Part shown: positions 13,520 to 27,758 of the stretch, in pieces
Position numbering within the stretch: the first letter of the stretch is position 1
Layout: every line of letters begins with the position of its first letter
Source: Vicugna vicugna
Lineage: Eukaryota
DNA length: 64,000 bases
Assembly (NCBI GenBank): GCA_013265495.1
Contig: MU058444.1
Coordinates: 2,728,001 to 2,792,000, forward strand
Direction of reading: 5' to 3'
Notes under the pieces: generated by a model
The model's database searches: none
Told to the model about the DNA's origin: nothing
The model's input: the letters and a program-made list of their open reading frames with translations, nothing else
Made by a program: the position numbers and the translations under genes

Positions 13520-13885
13520 TACTCAAATTTTCCTCCTCTTTATAGCCAGATCAGAGGCGTATGACAGACTGGTTACACTTACTGCCCGCAAGACTTTGAT
13601 TAGAACTGAGGAGGCAAGATTCCGCGTGGCTTTCACTTTGCTGGTGGGGGTGGCAGGTGGCGGCAGGGGCTCCCCAGTGGCTGCAAGGTGGATTGTGGGG
13701 AAGACCGCTTCCGGATGACCCTGTTTTGTGGCAGGATTCGGGCATTGTTCCTGGAAGGTTAACTCTAAGCATCTGTCTTCATCTTCCCAACAGTCTTGTG
13801 AGGTGCCCAGTGGCCTCTTCAACTCCTTTTCTGTTCATCAGCCAGGGCCAGCTGCTTCTGTGTCCCACCGAGAACCACAGCTGGA
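13520..13885 (+). mobile_element. ERVL-type solo LTR (LTR33/LTR16-like)
   Basis: ggattcgggcattgttcctgg...ctccttttctgttcatcagccaggg...gagaacc resembles the LTR33 3' half. Confidence 0.55.
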
Positions 13886-14149
13886 CTTGGCTGGGAGGTA
13901 AGGCAGCGGTGCGGACAGGGCTTTGATACCTGCTGGGCGTCCTCCGAGTCCACCTAGTAACTGGTTGCAGCTGAGCCTGTGGGGGTCCGCCGATCAGTGC
14001 CCGCCGCTGAGTAAGAGTGAGGAAGGCTGCGGGTCGACCCCACATCCACCCGGACTCATTTTATATTGTGTTCTGGGGATGAACTGGAGGCGAAATGGAG
14101 AATATCTGTGGTGAGTATTGGTTTGTTCCAATGTTGTGTGTATGGAACA

Positions 14150-14600
14150 ATGATTTTAGTTTGGGACGTGTTTAGTTTGAGATTCCAGTAGAAACAGTCA
14201 CTTTTGGGGCTGTCTGGCATCTAACTGGAGACACAGTTCTGGCATTTAGAAGGGAGATGGGGATAGAAGTGTGATTTATCCACCTAACAGTGACTTCAAG
14301 GCTCTGTTGAAGTTTGGGGAGAGCCGCGTAGGAGTGAGGAGAGAGGCGGGGTGAGGGCAGATTTTGGGAATGTGCAGGTCGGGGGAAGAGCCTGGAATGA
14401 AGTGTTCTGGAAGGATGGATCAGCGCTTGGAGGGTGTGCTCCTGAGGAGCTGAGGGAAGGTAGGGGAATCCCAGTTGCAGACAAGGCGTAAAGACTGCGA
14501 AGAGGCTGTTGGTGTTTCTGGGACTTTGGAGAAGAGCCTTAGAGCAGCCGAGCGAAGGACGGAGGTCAGGCCTGCACCAACAAGAGGTGAAGTGGAGGGT
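14150..14600 (-). mobile_element. Degenerate L2
   Basis: ttttagtttgggacgtgtttagtttgagattcca. Confidence 0.5.
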
Positions 14601-16682
14601 CCCGTCGCATTTTGTTAGACAGATCTGGAGTCTAAATCATAGGTGCTGAGGCCGGAGAAGAACCCCGTAGCCTTTGTCCTTAACAACGTTTTTATCCGGG
14701 TAGTTGTTGAGTTCGTCTGAGTAGTTACCCCGATGTATCAAATCCTCTGGTTTTAATGAGGCAGCAGTGCACTGGTGTGGAAAACTTGGGCAAATACTTC
14801 GCTTTACGATTTTAGCGTTCGTTAAACCTTCTTATGGAAGCTGTAAACAAATGCTAGAGAATTTAGCTGTGTGTGACATCTGTGTTTTTGTCGTGAGTGT
14901 ACGGTTTGCTCTTGTAAGTGTCGCAGTGATCACTGTTAACAGTCTGCCCTCGCTCTGCATTTTTGCCGGACTGTTCGGTGGTTGCTATTAGCGCTCTTTC
15001 CTTTCTTCCTTTTTGTCTTCGGAAACAGAGACCTCATCATTGCTGAGTGAGAAGCTTGCCTGCTGTCATTGGTTACAGCTTCTGTGGCTCCAGATTTTCC
15101 TTTTTCTCCTGTACTTTGAAGTGCTGTCTTTTTATATTTTCGTTTTCTCTGGTTTAAAGAGCTGTCTCCTCATGTTTGACATTGTGATGGAATTATCTGC
15201 TCAGAATGAAAGTCTATGTTCCTTGAATTCTGGCTTCAAAATAATCATCTAGAATAGATGTAAGATCCTGGAGCAAGATGAAGGGTGCGGAGATGCCAGT
15301 CTTCATTTACAGAGGTTTACTATCAACAAGCCTGGAGCTTGGCTTGTACCGGTCTTACAAATGTGTCCTGCGTTGTAATTTAAGCTCTGGTATTTTACCA
15401 AACATACAGTTCAACATTTACAGAACCCTGTTTTTTTGCTTTAACTTACGTAGTCAAATAGAAGACATTAAATTCAAAAAGTGTTTCTTAAAATAAAGAT
15501 TTATTTGTACGTTCTATCATTATTTTTGTGCAGAGTTTTAAAAAATTAATTGCAGTTCACTTTTAATATATGGAAAATGATCTGAATATTATTACGTATC
15601 ACAAAACTTTTAAGAATTCTTCAGTGCTCACGTTCAGAATCTAAGCCCTTCTATAAATTATTCCTTTATGTAAATGAAAGCTTAAAATATCTTTTAGTTA
15701 TTGGTTTTTTATATGACATAACCCAGGCAGCATGTGCAGTAAGTGTAATCTCACATGACCCTAGCGATAGATCTATTCCTGTCCCTGTCCCTAGGATGAA
15801 GAAAGTGAGGCCCAGTGAAGTTGACTTGCCACTTGGGTGGTGTCTGGTGAACAGTGGCTGTCTTCTAGGGATTTTGAATTCCTAGCCTGATATTTGTTTT
15901 GTTTTAATAAACTATTCTAGCAGAGGTGTTTATAAGATAATTCATATAGTCTAAGAAATTAAGTTTTTTTCATGCTTTTGTCAGTAGCTGTATTGAGTAT
16001 GCTGACTACTGAAATTTAGAATTGTGCAACTAAACTGCTGTGTATATTAAAAAAAACACTTTAAAATCACTTTATTAGAACTCATATGTCAGAATTCAGT
16101 GGCAGTAATACATTTACATTTTTTTCTTGAAGAAATTTGTTCCCCGTGTAGTGTATAGCTCGTCTACAAACGACAGTGTTCTATGCTGAACAGGTTTTCT
16201 CCTAGGTACAGCAGAACTCCCTTTACACTGTGACCTTTCAGGATAGATTGGCGAAGAGCAGAGAAGGGTTGGAAAAACAGTTTTTTGCAGATGACTCTTT
16301 GGGATGCTCCGCTGACTTGAAATTTTAAACAGTGAAGCTAAAGGACCATGTTGAAGCACAAATGTTTCAAAATGATGATTAATGGTGAGCTTGTCTCTTG
16401 GAATTCACGTCAGGCACTCTTGTTTCCAGTGTCGGCCCAGAGTCCTTCCTTGTAACACAAATGGATGATTTTTATAACGTGCGCGTACAAGGTTAGTCTA
16501 GTAAGGCGGTAATTTAGCAACACAATAAAAGCCTGGTGTCCTTTGTCTCTCCTTTCACTTTGCAGTTGGCTTGTTAGCCTATCAGAAAACTTACTCTCAT
16601 TTCTTCATTAATCTTATACTGAGGTATTGAGGAATTTTCTGATAATTTTTTTTTTTTGTCTGAGAGGTTCTAGGTTTAGGAA

Positions 16683-17398
16683 CTTTTTTTAAATTGACTT
16701 ATAGTCAGTTGACAATGTTATGTCAATTTCTGGTGTACAGCACAATTCTGCATACATGACTGGAGCTTGGATATCATGCATGAATATACATTTATTCATT
16801 TTCATATTCTTTTTCACCATGAGCTACTACAAGATATTGAATATATTTCCCTGTGCTATATGGTATAAACTTGTTATCTGTTTTACATGTACCGATCAGT
16901 ATCTGCAAATCTTAAACTCTCAGTTTATCCCTTCCTGCCCCCTCCCCTCTGGCAACCACAAGTCTGTATTCTATGTCTGTGAGTCTGTTTCTGTTTTGTA
17001 TATAAGTTCATTTGTCTCTCTTTTTTTTTTTTAGATTCCACGTATAAGTGATCTCATATGGTATTTTTCTTTCTCTTTCTGGCTTACTTCACTTAGAATG
17101 ACATTCTCCAGGAACATCCATATTGCTGCAAATAGCGTTATGTTGTTGGTTTATGTCAGTTTATGGCTGAATAGTATTCCTTTGTATAAATATACCACAT
17201 CTTCTTTATCCCGTCATCTGTTGATGGGCATTTAGGCTGTTTCTATGTCTTGGCTATTGTAAATAGTGCTGCTATGAACATTGGGGTGCAGGTGTCTTTT
17301 TGAATTAGGGTTCTTTCTGGATACATGCCCTGGTGTGGGATTGCTGGGTCATACGGTAAGTCTATTTTTAGTCTTTTGAGGAATCTCCATACTGTTTT
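16683..17398 (-). mobile_element. LINE-1 3' end (~0.7 kb), same lineage-specific family, somewhat older
   Basis: Encodes [21 protein letters not shown]...[15 protein letters not shown] followed by a stop. 3'UTR is similar to that of the young copy. Partial TSD tttaggaa at 16675 and 17396. Confidence 0.9.
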
Positions 17399-18035
17399 AG
17401 GAATGTATTTTAATAGACTTTTATGTGCTTTTGCATAGTTCATCATTATTCACATAAGCTCGTGTGTAAGCTTCATTTTAGCCCCGGGAGCTGAGGCGTG
17501 CCACAGTGAAAGTATGTAAACTTCATCAGGATCAGTCAGGTGATGGTTGACACCCCAGGACAAAATGCGAGACAACACAAACTGTGCAGTAGACGCTGGC
17601 GCCCTGAATGGGGTTGAGGAATTCGAACCTTGACGTTTGAAACAGTGTGAGTGCAGTGGATGAGGCTATGGCTAAGTCAGGAAGCTTGAGGGCAGCAGAG
17701 TTGGGTTCTGGTAGAGTGCCAGCAGTGAGCGGGCAGTAGGATCTAAGTTAAAGTTCAGGGCTTAAGACGTGTCACTGTCAGGTCCTTCTGAGATAGTTAC
17801 GGAGAAGCAGCAAACTACGCTTGGTGTGTGCAAAGCCAGCGGAAGCTTCACGTTGCCTTAATAACCAGTTCAGTGCCGACGGACTAGGGCTGTCTGGTGG
17901 CAGTCGCTCCCGGACTAATGCTCACTGCGGGTAAGGGTGCAGGTTAGTTCAACTAGTCAGTCGTCCAGGTAGTGCCGGAGCTCAAAGGGTCCGTGTCTGA
18001 AGGTGCACTCACGCCTTTGGCTCTGTTTGGAGCTC

Positions 18036-18090
18036 GTGTGTGTGTGTGTGTGTGTTTGTGTATGCGTATGCGTGTGTATGTGTGTGTGCA
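18036..18090. repeat. Imperfect (GT)n microsatellite
   Basis: Direct. Confidence 0.9.
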
Positions 18091-19999
18091 TGCCCATGCT
18101 GTATGCATGCCTCTGGGTGCACCTGGCGGGGTGTGTGTGTGGATCCCACCTGCAGGGTTTCAGCTTGATTGAAGCCCTGTCAGTACTCTTGAAGCTTTGT
18201 TCCGAACATTTTCTGACACCTTATTTCTTAAGAGTGGCATTCTTCCTTTTTGATTTTGGGCTGACCAGAAATCTTGGTCTGTGAGGCCAGCTGTGGGTGG
18301 ATGGGTGCAGAAGTAGAAATGGGTGTGTCTTAACCACCATGGATTGTGAAATTCCAAAACAAAACAAACAAAACACGGATTTAAATTAAACATCAGATAC
18401 TTCCAGAAAGTAGATTCTTTCTCTGTTTATTTACTCAGGTCAGCTCTCTAGGGTTTAACTAAAAGACCAAGACAAATTCTTGTTTGCCATAACCACATCG
18501 TACAGTGCTTGAAGTAGTGTAATTTATTAATGTAAAGATTGTAAATGCTTCTTAAATTTTAAGCATCAAAAGGAGAGATTAAACAAAATTCAGTCTGGCC
18601 AAAGAAAAGCAACCAGACTTTAAATATTTAGTTAATTATATGAGAACAGATGTAAAAGATATGAGTAAGTGCCTGACTCCAGAAGATGACCTGAGAAAGT
18701 GCTAAGATAAAGGTTTTTAAACTTGTAATCTGTAACAATGGATCAAGGACAGAGATCTTTGCAATAGCTTCGTTAAAAGACTCCATCAAATTGGGGAAAG
18801 TTTTATATTAAGGAAATAAATTACCATTAAATAAAAGAAATGCTTAAATAGTAATTCTGATCTGTAATTTAAGGGGATCTTATTTATGCAGAATAACACA
18901 TTAGAAAGACTGTCAAATTGGAGAATTCAAATGGGAGAGATTGGAATGTGCATTTCTGACTTAAGTTTTTGCACCTGATACTACAAATACCTTTTTGGAT
19001 CCGCAAAGTCTTAATGAAAAAGTTACTGTTAATTTTGATGCAGACAATATAATTTGAGACAACTAAAATATACTATTAATTATTAAATAAATGAGTCTCT
19101 TTAGATCTTTTATACATATGCAAATAAATTCTATTCAAATAACTAAAACAGCCTTGAATCGTGTTCCCTCAAGTATAAGGTAGAGGAATAATGAATGAAT
19201 GAATGAACAAACATACATGCACATAAAACATTGTTTTTCTTGGTTAAGTAGGTTACTATAGATTTTACTTAGGAGTAGCTTTGACTTTTCAAGCTTACCT
19301 CACATAAAATATGTACTGTGTCTTTTTTTTGGTCTGATTGTGTGTTTAATTATATTTTAATTTCCTTTCTTTTTTGAGCAAATGATTAATATTCATTTGA
19401 TTTGGATTCTAGACACATTTTTTTCGTGGAAGTATTTTAAGTTGTTCATAGTGTGGTTTAATTTATCATAACATTAGACACTTGAAATGTTACTCAAAGT
19501 CTAAAACCTCCTTCAAGCATGTGAAACATTTGGTCAGCATAAAGTTTAATGATCTCTTTAAAGATCAGACAAATAATTCTCAGAAGCTAGAAATCATTAA
19601 TAATCTGAGTAGCGATGAGGGTCATTTAGGAATACAATTCCACCATGCTTTGGGAGGCCGAGGACCTGACGAACAGAGAAAGGCAGACACAACAGTGCGT
19701 CATTGCTCTCAGAAACAGTGAACCTTTTTATTAATTCACTTTCTCTCCAATGGTCATTTGAAGTGTTTTCAAATGGATGGAAATTCAGAGTGATAGAATC
19801 TTGGAGTCAAATTAAACCTTTTTGTGCCCAGAAGGGACCCTGAACCTAGACTTCAGAGTCAGAGACCAGTTTCCTGTTATGAAGGAGACTTAGAACCTAC
19901 GTCTGCGTGGACAGCTGGCTCAGCGCTTCTTTCGTGCAGGAAACGCAGCTCACACAGGGTGTGAGAAGGTGGATACAGAGGCTCATGTCGTGTTTACTC

Positions 20000-20560
20000 G
20001 TATCTAATTTACATAGAATGGACTTCATACATTTAAAATATTCAGGTTTCTAACTTTTGGCAAAAGTGTACATTCAGGTAACCACATGCCCAGACGCAGT
20101 ATAGAACCTTTCTGTCTTCCCCGAAAATGCCCTGGTGCCCTTTTAGTCATTCTTTTCAGCTCTCCGCCCCAAGCAACCACTGAGTGATTTTGCATATTAT
20201 CAATTGATTTTGCTTACTTTTGAGTTTTATGGAAGTGGGGATCATACATTGGTGTCTGGTTTCTTTTGCTCAGCAGGATGCCTGCATGATTCACCATTTG
20301 TTGTGTTTCCTTCCTCTGTATTGCTGTGCAATATTCCGTTGTGTGAATATCCCCAAATGGGGAAGAGATTTGGATGTTTTACAAAGGCGTGTCTACTAAT
20401 GGCCTATGAGTATGTGAAAATGACCCTTTGCATCAACTTGAAAGCAAGCTGACCATAACCGTATGTGGACTTGTTCATGAATGTAGGAGTTTTATCCATA
20501 ATGTCTCCAGTCTGGAAACAACCAAGATGCCTGCCAACAAGTGCACAGATGAATACATTC
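20000..20560. mobile_element. Old L1M fragments (minus to ~20380, then a plus-strand piece)
   Basis: atttacatagaatg...aagcaaccactga...atattccgttgtgtgaatat, then tctggaaacaaccaagatgcc. Confidence 0.6.
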
Positions 20561-21033
20561 TGACACAGATTTGCCTTTGTTTTGTACTTGAGGTGTGTCC
20601 TTGGCTAACTTAGAAACGTGTAGAATTTCCGGAAATGTAATACAGAAAGATTGTTGAAAAAAATAGCCAGGCCTTTGTTAAGCCAAAAGCTATGAGAGAA
20701 TCTTATTTCATTTCATTCCTAACACGTTAAAAACCAGTGGCTCTCCGCGTTGTGTACATGACCTGGAAGAAGCCAGAGAACCTGATTGAAAATGTGGCCC
20801 AGCCATATTCCTGTCTGAACGTAGTTCCCCTCTCCTGGGTTAGAACCGAGCTGTCCAAGCATGTGCTCACCCTGGCACAAACTGGCTTAAACAGGGAAGT
20901 GGTCTGTTGTGATTCCTCTCACATTGCTTCAGTCTCAGATACTGTGTTACAAGCTTTCTTACTTTCCACATTTCATAAGTATTTAATATGATGTAGGAAT
21001 GGGTGTGTCAAGAAGTATTAGATTGTCTTTTAT

Positions 21034-21178
21034 GTATGTATGTATGTATTTATTTTGGGGGTGGGGAGGTAATTAGCTCTATTAAAAAATTTTTTTTTAG
21101 GAGAAGGTACTGGGGATTGAACCCAGGACCTCATGCGTGCTACGCACACACTGTACCGCTTGAACTTACCCTCCTCCC
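21034..21178 (-). mobile_element. tRNA-Ala-derived SINE (camelid vic-1-like) with TSD
   Basis: Minus strand has a tRNA head with B box (gggttcaatcccc) and a taattacctcccc tail. TSD agattgtcttttat (21020-21033) / agatggtcttttat (21179-21192). Confidence 0.88.
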
Positions 21179-22279
21179 AGATGGTCTTTTATATCAAAAA
21201 CTTTCCTGGAATTGTATTTTAACTGTATCACTCAATTTTCAGCCTTATTGAATGGTGAAGTTATATCAGTGTTGTCTGTAGTTATAATCTCATTTGGTTT
21301 TGTTGATTTATTTATAAATGAAATTAAGCTGCATTGTATGAATTCATTAAGGATGATGAATTGAGAGCCCTATTAGGAATACTTTCTCCGATGGTAGAAA
21401 ATTGTAAGGTCAGAAGTCAGAATTCCTGGATCTTTTACATACGGTTGATGTATTGTAATGCTGCTTTTTCTTGAAATAAGAATACTATAAATTTGAACCT
21501 TATTCTTATAAATGAATCTTTGCAGAGTAACTGCAGATTTCAAGCTGTTTCAAATTAATTTAAATTTGTATGGAAAACTCAGATAGTGATTGTTTCCTCG
21601 GGGCTTTCTAGGACTCCTGTGGCTACATCTAGACAGTAGAGATTAAAAACTAACTTTAAAAAGATTGTATTAAGTGTGTGGCTTAATTTTAGACGATTAG
21701 AATGAATGTGTGTGTGTATATATATTTTTTTAAATTGAGGATTATTTATGCCCTGATTTTCTTTAAGAAAAATTATACACACAACAAGTGTGTTAAACCT
21801 GTCAGTGTCTTACTGCTGAAGTGTAATCAGTTACTCTCCAGTGATTGACTATGAGTCAATACAGAGACTTAGAGTTGTTTACTGTTCCTCTCCACCATTG
21901 TTTCTAAAATTAAATCTAGGGAGAATGAAGTTAGGCAACAGAAGTTGGTGTGAAATTGCTCTCGAAATCCTGGGCTGTTTATTTCAAGGTATATTATTCA
22001 AATCCTAACATAAAGATGTTTTGAAGAAACATAATGAAACCATTGATAATCTTTGCCTAAAACATGGATTTTCAAATATTTTTCGCAAGGACCCCCTGTT
22101 CAGGTTTTCCTCAGCCACTTGGCAGCATTCCCAAAACATCGTGGCAGGTCTCAGGTGTTTGCGATGGGCGCACTCTAATATTGTTATAGTTTCTTTTGGG
22201 GGTGTGTGGAGGGCGGGCAGGTGCTTGGCAGCCGTGCTACTAAAAGCATGGTTCTCCAGAGTCCCTGTGAGCCATGAAT

Positions 22280-23600
22280 ATATATTTTTAAACTTTGTAT
22301 TTAGAAATGAGTTTAGACTCTCATGGAAGTTGCAGAAATAGCACGGGGAGTCCTATTGTACTGCAGAGCTATACTGTAGAGTCCTGGTGCCCTCCCCACG
22401 GAGCTTTCCCCGAAGGTAAGACCTTACATAGTGGTAGCACTATGTCAGCTAGGCTGCAGACCTTTTTTCAGATTTCACCAGTTTTTACCTGTACTCTTTG
22501 TGTGTGTGTTCTGTGAAATTTTACCACATGCATTGAGACTTGGAACCACCATAGTCAGGATACAGAACATTTCCATCACACCAAAGACACTTTCTCATGC
22601 TGCCCCTTTATAGAAACACCTTCCCCCCAACCCTGGTAACCCCTGATCTCTTCTCCATCACTGTAATTTTGTCATATTGAGAATGTATACTAGTGGAACC
22701 ATGCCATTTTCAGCTTTTTTGTGTCTCCCCAAAATTGATATGTTGAAACTCGAGCACTCAGTACCTTGGCATGTGACTGTATTTGGAAGACAGGGCCTTT
22801 AAAGAGGTGATTGAATTAAAATGAGGTTGTTTGGATGGGCCTTGATCCAATCTGACTCTGTCCTTGTAAGAAGAAAAAAAACTGGGGCACACAGAGTGAC
22901 ACCAGGGGTGCACGTGCACAGAGAAGAGACCATGTGAAGACAGTCCTGCCAGCACCTTGACTTTGAACTTTTAGCCGCCAGAACTGTTGAGAAAAATAAT
23001 TTCTGTTGTTTAAGCCCATCAGTCTGTGGTATTTTGTTATGGCAGCCCAGCCAGCTAATACACACACAGCCTACAGCCTTTTCAGATTGCGTTCTAACTG
23101 AACGTAATTCTCCGTCCAGTGTGTACAGCAGTGCTCTCCTGTAATGGCTGAGTGGAATTCCACTGTGCGGACGTCCCACGGCTTGTCTGTGCGTTCACTC
23201 GTTCAAGGACACTGGGTTGCTTCTAGTTTTTGGCCCCTCAGAATAGCGCTGCTATGAATATTCATGTCCAGGTTTTTGTGCAGACGTGCTCATTTCTCTA
23301 GTGCAAACACCCGGGAATGAGATTGTAGAGTCATGGGGTGACTGTATGTTTAACTTCATAAGAAACTACCTAGCAGGTTCCCAGAGTAGCTGAAGCATTT
23401 TATGTGCCCACGGGCAACGTGTGAGAGGTCCGGTTGCTCTGCATTCTTACCAGCACGCGATATTGCCAGCATTTTTCATTACAGCCATTCTCCTAGGTAC
23501 GTGCTGGTCTCTCATCACGGTTTTGACTTGCCTTGCCCTGATGGCTAACGACGTTTCAGATCTTTCATTTACTCACTGCCAACCCCGTGTCCTCTTTGGT
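22280..23600 (-). mobile_element. Old L1M 3' region interrupted by an MLT1 LTR
   Basis: tttagactctcatggaagttgcagaaatagcac...cagaacatttccatcacacc...gctgctatgaatattcatgtccaggtttttgtg...ataagaaactacc. Confidence 0.8.
22712..23062 (+). mobile_element. MaLR solo LTR (MLT1A/B-like)
   Basis: tgtgactgtatttggaagacagggcctttaaagaggtgatt...tttaagcccatcagtctgtggtattttgttatggcagccc...ctaataca terminus. Confidence 0.88.
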
Positions 23601-25074
23601 GAAGTAGTGGTTTCTTTTAGCTCAGATGCGGAGCATTGCAAGCCTAGAGTCAGGGCCAGAAGTTGACCTTGAGGGCGGGGATAAAGATCACTTGACGTTA
23701 GGGCGAGTGGGGCACTTCAGGGACTGGTGAGTTATCAGTTTGGTGCTTTGAATTGAGTTCTACAGCGGGGGTCCGTCCTTGGTGGTGTGCTTTGAATGAG
23801 AAGTCCTTCTTGCTAGAGACTTAAAACGTGTGCATGTTATTCAGGAAGAGTAATGGGTGAGCTAATCCTCCTCCTTTACACGTTTGCTCATAGTGTCATA
23901 TGGGTTAGTTGGTAGGAAGCTAGTAAAAACTAGAGACCTGGAGACACTGAATTAAAATCTGAGTCTCTAAATAAGTAATGGAAAACAGAAAGCAATTTTA
24001 TATGAAATGTCAGCTTCTCACACAGTGTTCTCACATCTTGAAAAGCTCCTGTTGAGAGAAGCCAGTTGGACTAAAGGAGTAAATACATACAATTGAATCT
24101 CGTAATGTAGGTTTTCAAGATTATTTGGATAATGAATAATTTTAAAGTGTATCCTCTGTTGGCTTCAGGCATTTTCTTTCAAATAAGCGTGTCCTAGTTT
24201 TAATGGGACTGATTGCAGAAAACCAAAACAGAAAAGCTTTTGCATGTTTTGAAGATAAATCGTTTCAAATGTAACCACTTTCTCACATAGAATTTCATAA
24301 CTGTTGTGGATTTTGTAAGGAGGGAAATTTTGGAAACTAGAATGGGTGTGATAAAATACCAAGAATTGTATTCATTATTTTTTGTGAAGCAGGAAGACCA
24401 AGATGTATTGACTGAGGAATCTGGAGGCCAGAGATCTGTTCTCTTTGTTCTGTGATGGGAACTGGTGCATCTAAGAGGGGTGACACTTAGTCCCTTCTTA
24501 AAAAAATGAACAAAAGAAGACCCGTTTGCCTTGATTGTAGCCAATTAGCAAGTAAAATATTTGTATTAAAAATCTATGAATAGATTTATAATGACATTAA
24601 AATAAAAATTTCATTTTTTCCCCTTTACTCTTAAAAGTATGACAGTTAAACATAATTTTGGAAAGAATTTCTATAGTTCATAGATGCATGTAACAGTGTT
24701 TTCAGTCTTTTCCGTATAAAAAGCCTTATTCTATTACATGGTTTACAGAACGTTAAGCGCTTTTAAAATTGCTGGGGAACCCTGAGGAACTGTGTACTCC
24801 TTTGTCATCTGCATGCTAGGCTGTTGAATATTTGTTTATCTGATTTGAAAAACTGAATTTTACTGTGGCTTAGCAATGTTAGAATGCCCAGAGAGTTAGT
24901 CCATACACAGCACATAGCTTAAACAGGAAATTTCCAAGAAGTAGTTAGGAATTTTAGTTGACAAAACACGCAATACAACTTTTCCTAAATTCTTCTGGCA
25001 TTAAGTACCTGCTAAATTAGGAGTTGGCACACTACAGGGCCACACACCGAATAGGTCAGTTGCTTATTTTTTGT

Positions 25075-27758
25075 TTTTTGTTTTTTTTATTTTATTTTAT
25101 TTTTTTTATTGATTTATAATCATTTTACAATGTTGTGTCAAATTCCAGTGTTCAGCACAATTTTTCAGTCATTCATGGACATATACACACTCATTGTCAC
25201 ATTTTTTTCTCTGTGAGTTATCATAACATTTTGTGTATATTTCCCTGTGCTATACAGTGTAATCTTGTTTATCTATTCTACAATTTTGAAATCCCAGTCT
25301 ATCCCTTCCCACCCTCTACCCCCCTGGTAACCACAAGTCTGTATTCTCTGTCCATGAGTCTATTTCTGTCCTGTATTTATGCTTTGTTTTTGTTTGTTTG
25401 TTTGTTTTTGTTTTTTAGATTCCACATATGAGCGATCTCATATGGTAATTTTCTTTCTCTTTCTGGCTTACTTCACTTAGAATGACATTCTCTAGGAGCA
25501 TCCATGTTGCTGCAAATGGCATTATGTTGTCGGTTTTTATGGCTGAGTAGTATTCCATTGTATAAATATACCACATCTTCTTTATCCAGTCACCTGTTGA
25601 TGGACATTTAGGCTGTTTCCATGTTTTGGCTATTGTAAATAGTGCTGCTATGAACATTGGGGTGCAGGTGTCATCCTGAAGTAGATTTCCTTCTGGATAC
25701 AAGCCCAGGAGTGGGATTCCTGGGTCATATGGTAAGTCTATTCCTAGTCTTTTGAGGAATCTCCACACTGTTTTCCATAGTGGCTGCACCAAACTGCATT
25801 CCCACCAGCAGTGTAGGAGGGTTCCCCTTTCTCCACAGCCTCTCCAGCATTTGTCATTTGTGGATTTTTGAATGACGGCCATTCTGACTGGTGTGAGGTG
25901 ATACCTCATTGTAGTTTTGATTTGCATTTCTCTGATAATTAGTGATATTGAACATTTTTTCATGTGCTTTTTGATCATTTGTATGTCTTCCTTGGAGAAT
26001 TGCTTGTTTAGGTCTTCTGCCCATTTTTGGATTGGGTTGTTTATTTTTTTCTTATTGAGTCGTATGAGCTGCTTATATATTTTGGAGATCAAGCCTTTGT
26101 CGGTTTCACTTGCAAAAATTTTCTCCCATTCCGTAGGTTTTCTTCTTGTTTTATTTCTGGTTTCCTTTGCTCTGCAGAAGCTTGTAAGTTTCATTAGGTC
26201 CCATTTGTTTATTCTTGCTTTTATTTCTTCTAGGAGAAAATTTTTGAAATGTATGTCAGATAATGTTTTGCCTATGTTTTCCTCTAGGAGGTTTATTGTA
26301 TCTTGTCTTATGTTTAAGTCTTTAATCCATTTTGAGTTGATTTTTGTATATGGTGTAAGGGTGTGTTCTAGCTTCATTGTTTTACATGCTGCTGTCCAGT
26401 TTTCCCAACACCATTTGCTGAAGAGACTGTCTTTATTCCATTGTATATTCTTGCCTCCTTTGTCGAAGATGAGTTGACCAAAAGTTTGTGGGTTCATTTC
26501 TGGGCTCTCTATTCTGTTCCATTGGTCTATATGTCTGTTTTGGTACCAATACCATGCTGTCTTGATGACTGTAGCTCTATAGTATTGTCTGAAGTCTGGG
26601 AGAGTTATTCCTCCAGCCTCTTTCTTTCTCTTCAGTAATGCTTTAGCAATTCTAGGTCTTTGATGGTTCCATATAAATTTTATTATGATTTGTTCTAGTT
26701 CTGTGAAATATGTCCTGGGTAATTGGATAGGGATTGCATTAAATCTGTAGATTGCCTTGGGCAGTGTGACCATTTTAACAATATTGATTCTTCCAATCCA
26801 AGAGCATGGAATATCTTTCCATTTTTTAAAGTCTTCTTTAATTTCCTTCATCAATGGTTTATAGTTTTCTGTGTATAATTCTTTCACCTCCTTGGTTAGA
26901 TTTATTCCCAGATATTTTATTACTTTGGGTGCTATTTTAAAGGGGATTGTTTCTTTACTTTCTTTTTCTGTTGATTTATCGTTAGTGTAAAGAAAGGCAA
27001 CTGATTTTTGAACATTAATTTTGTAACCTGCTACCTTGCTGAATTCTTCGATCAGCTCTAGTAGCTTTTTTGTGGACCTTTTAGGGTTTTCTATATATAG
27101 TAACATGTCGTCAGCATATAATGACACTTTTACCTCTTCTTTTCCAATTTGGATCCCTTTTATTTCTTTCTCTTGCCTGATTGCTGTGGCTAGGACTTCC
27201 AGGACTATATTGAATAGGAGTGGTGATAGTGGGCATCCTTGTCTTGTCCCAGATTTTAGTGGGAAGCTTTTGAGTTTTTCACCGTTGAGAACTATGCTGG
27301 CTATAGGTTTGTCATATATAGCTTTTATTATGTTGAGATATGTTCCCTCTATACCCACTTTGGCGAGAGTTTTTATCATAAATGGGTGTTGAATTTTATC
27401 AAATGCTTTTTCTGCATCGATTGAGATGATCATGTGGTTTTTGTCCTTTCTCTTGTTGATGTGATGTATTACATTGATTGATTTGCGTATGTTGAACCAG
27501 CCTTGTGTCCCTGGGATGAACCCCACTTGGTCATGATGTATAATCTTTTTTATGTGTTGTTGGATTCTATTTGCTAAAATTTTGGTGAGGATTTTGGCGT
27601 CTATGTTCATCAGTGATATTGGCCTATAATTCTCTTTTTTTGTAGTGTCTTTGCCTGGTTTTGGTATCAGGGTGATGGTGGCTTCATAGAATGAGTTTGG
27701 GAGTATTCCCTCCTTTTCAATCGTCTGGAAGAGTTTGAGAAGGACTGGTATGAGTTCT
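25075..27758 (-). mobile_element. Young 5'-truncated LINE-1 (~2.7 kb) with 3'UTR, poly(A) tail and perfect 17-bp TSD
   Basis: AGTTGCTTATTTTTTGT is identical at 25058-25074 and 27759-27775. T-rich tail from 25075 and intact ORF2 remnant. Reconstructed nick site TTTTGT/AAA is close to the L1 endonuclease consensus TTTT/AA. Confidence 0.96.

Noticed and set aside
14924..14943. Two overlapping 12-bp palindromes
   Set aside because: 12-bp palindromes are common by chance and there is no other support.
16207..16390. Candidate exon with a good acceptor and a GTGAG donor
   Set aside because: The frame I translated stops internally and the peptide is unrecognisable.
25917..27392. + strand ORFs of 186, 65 and 118 aa
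   Set aside because: Antisense shadows of L1 ORF2.
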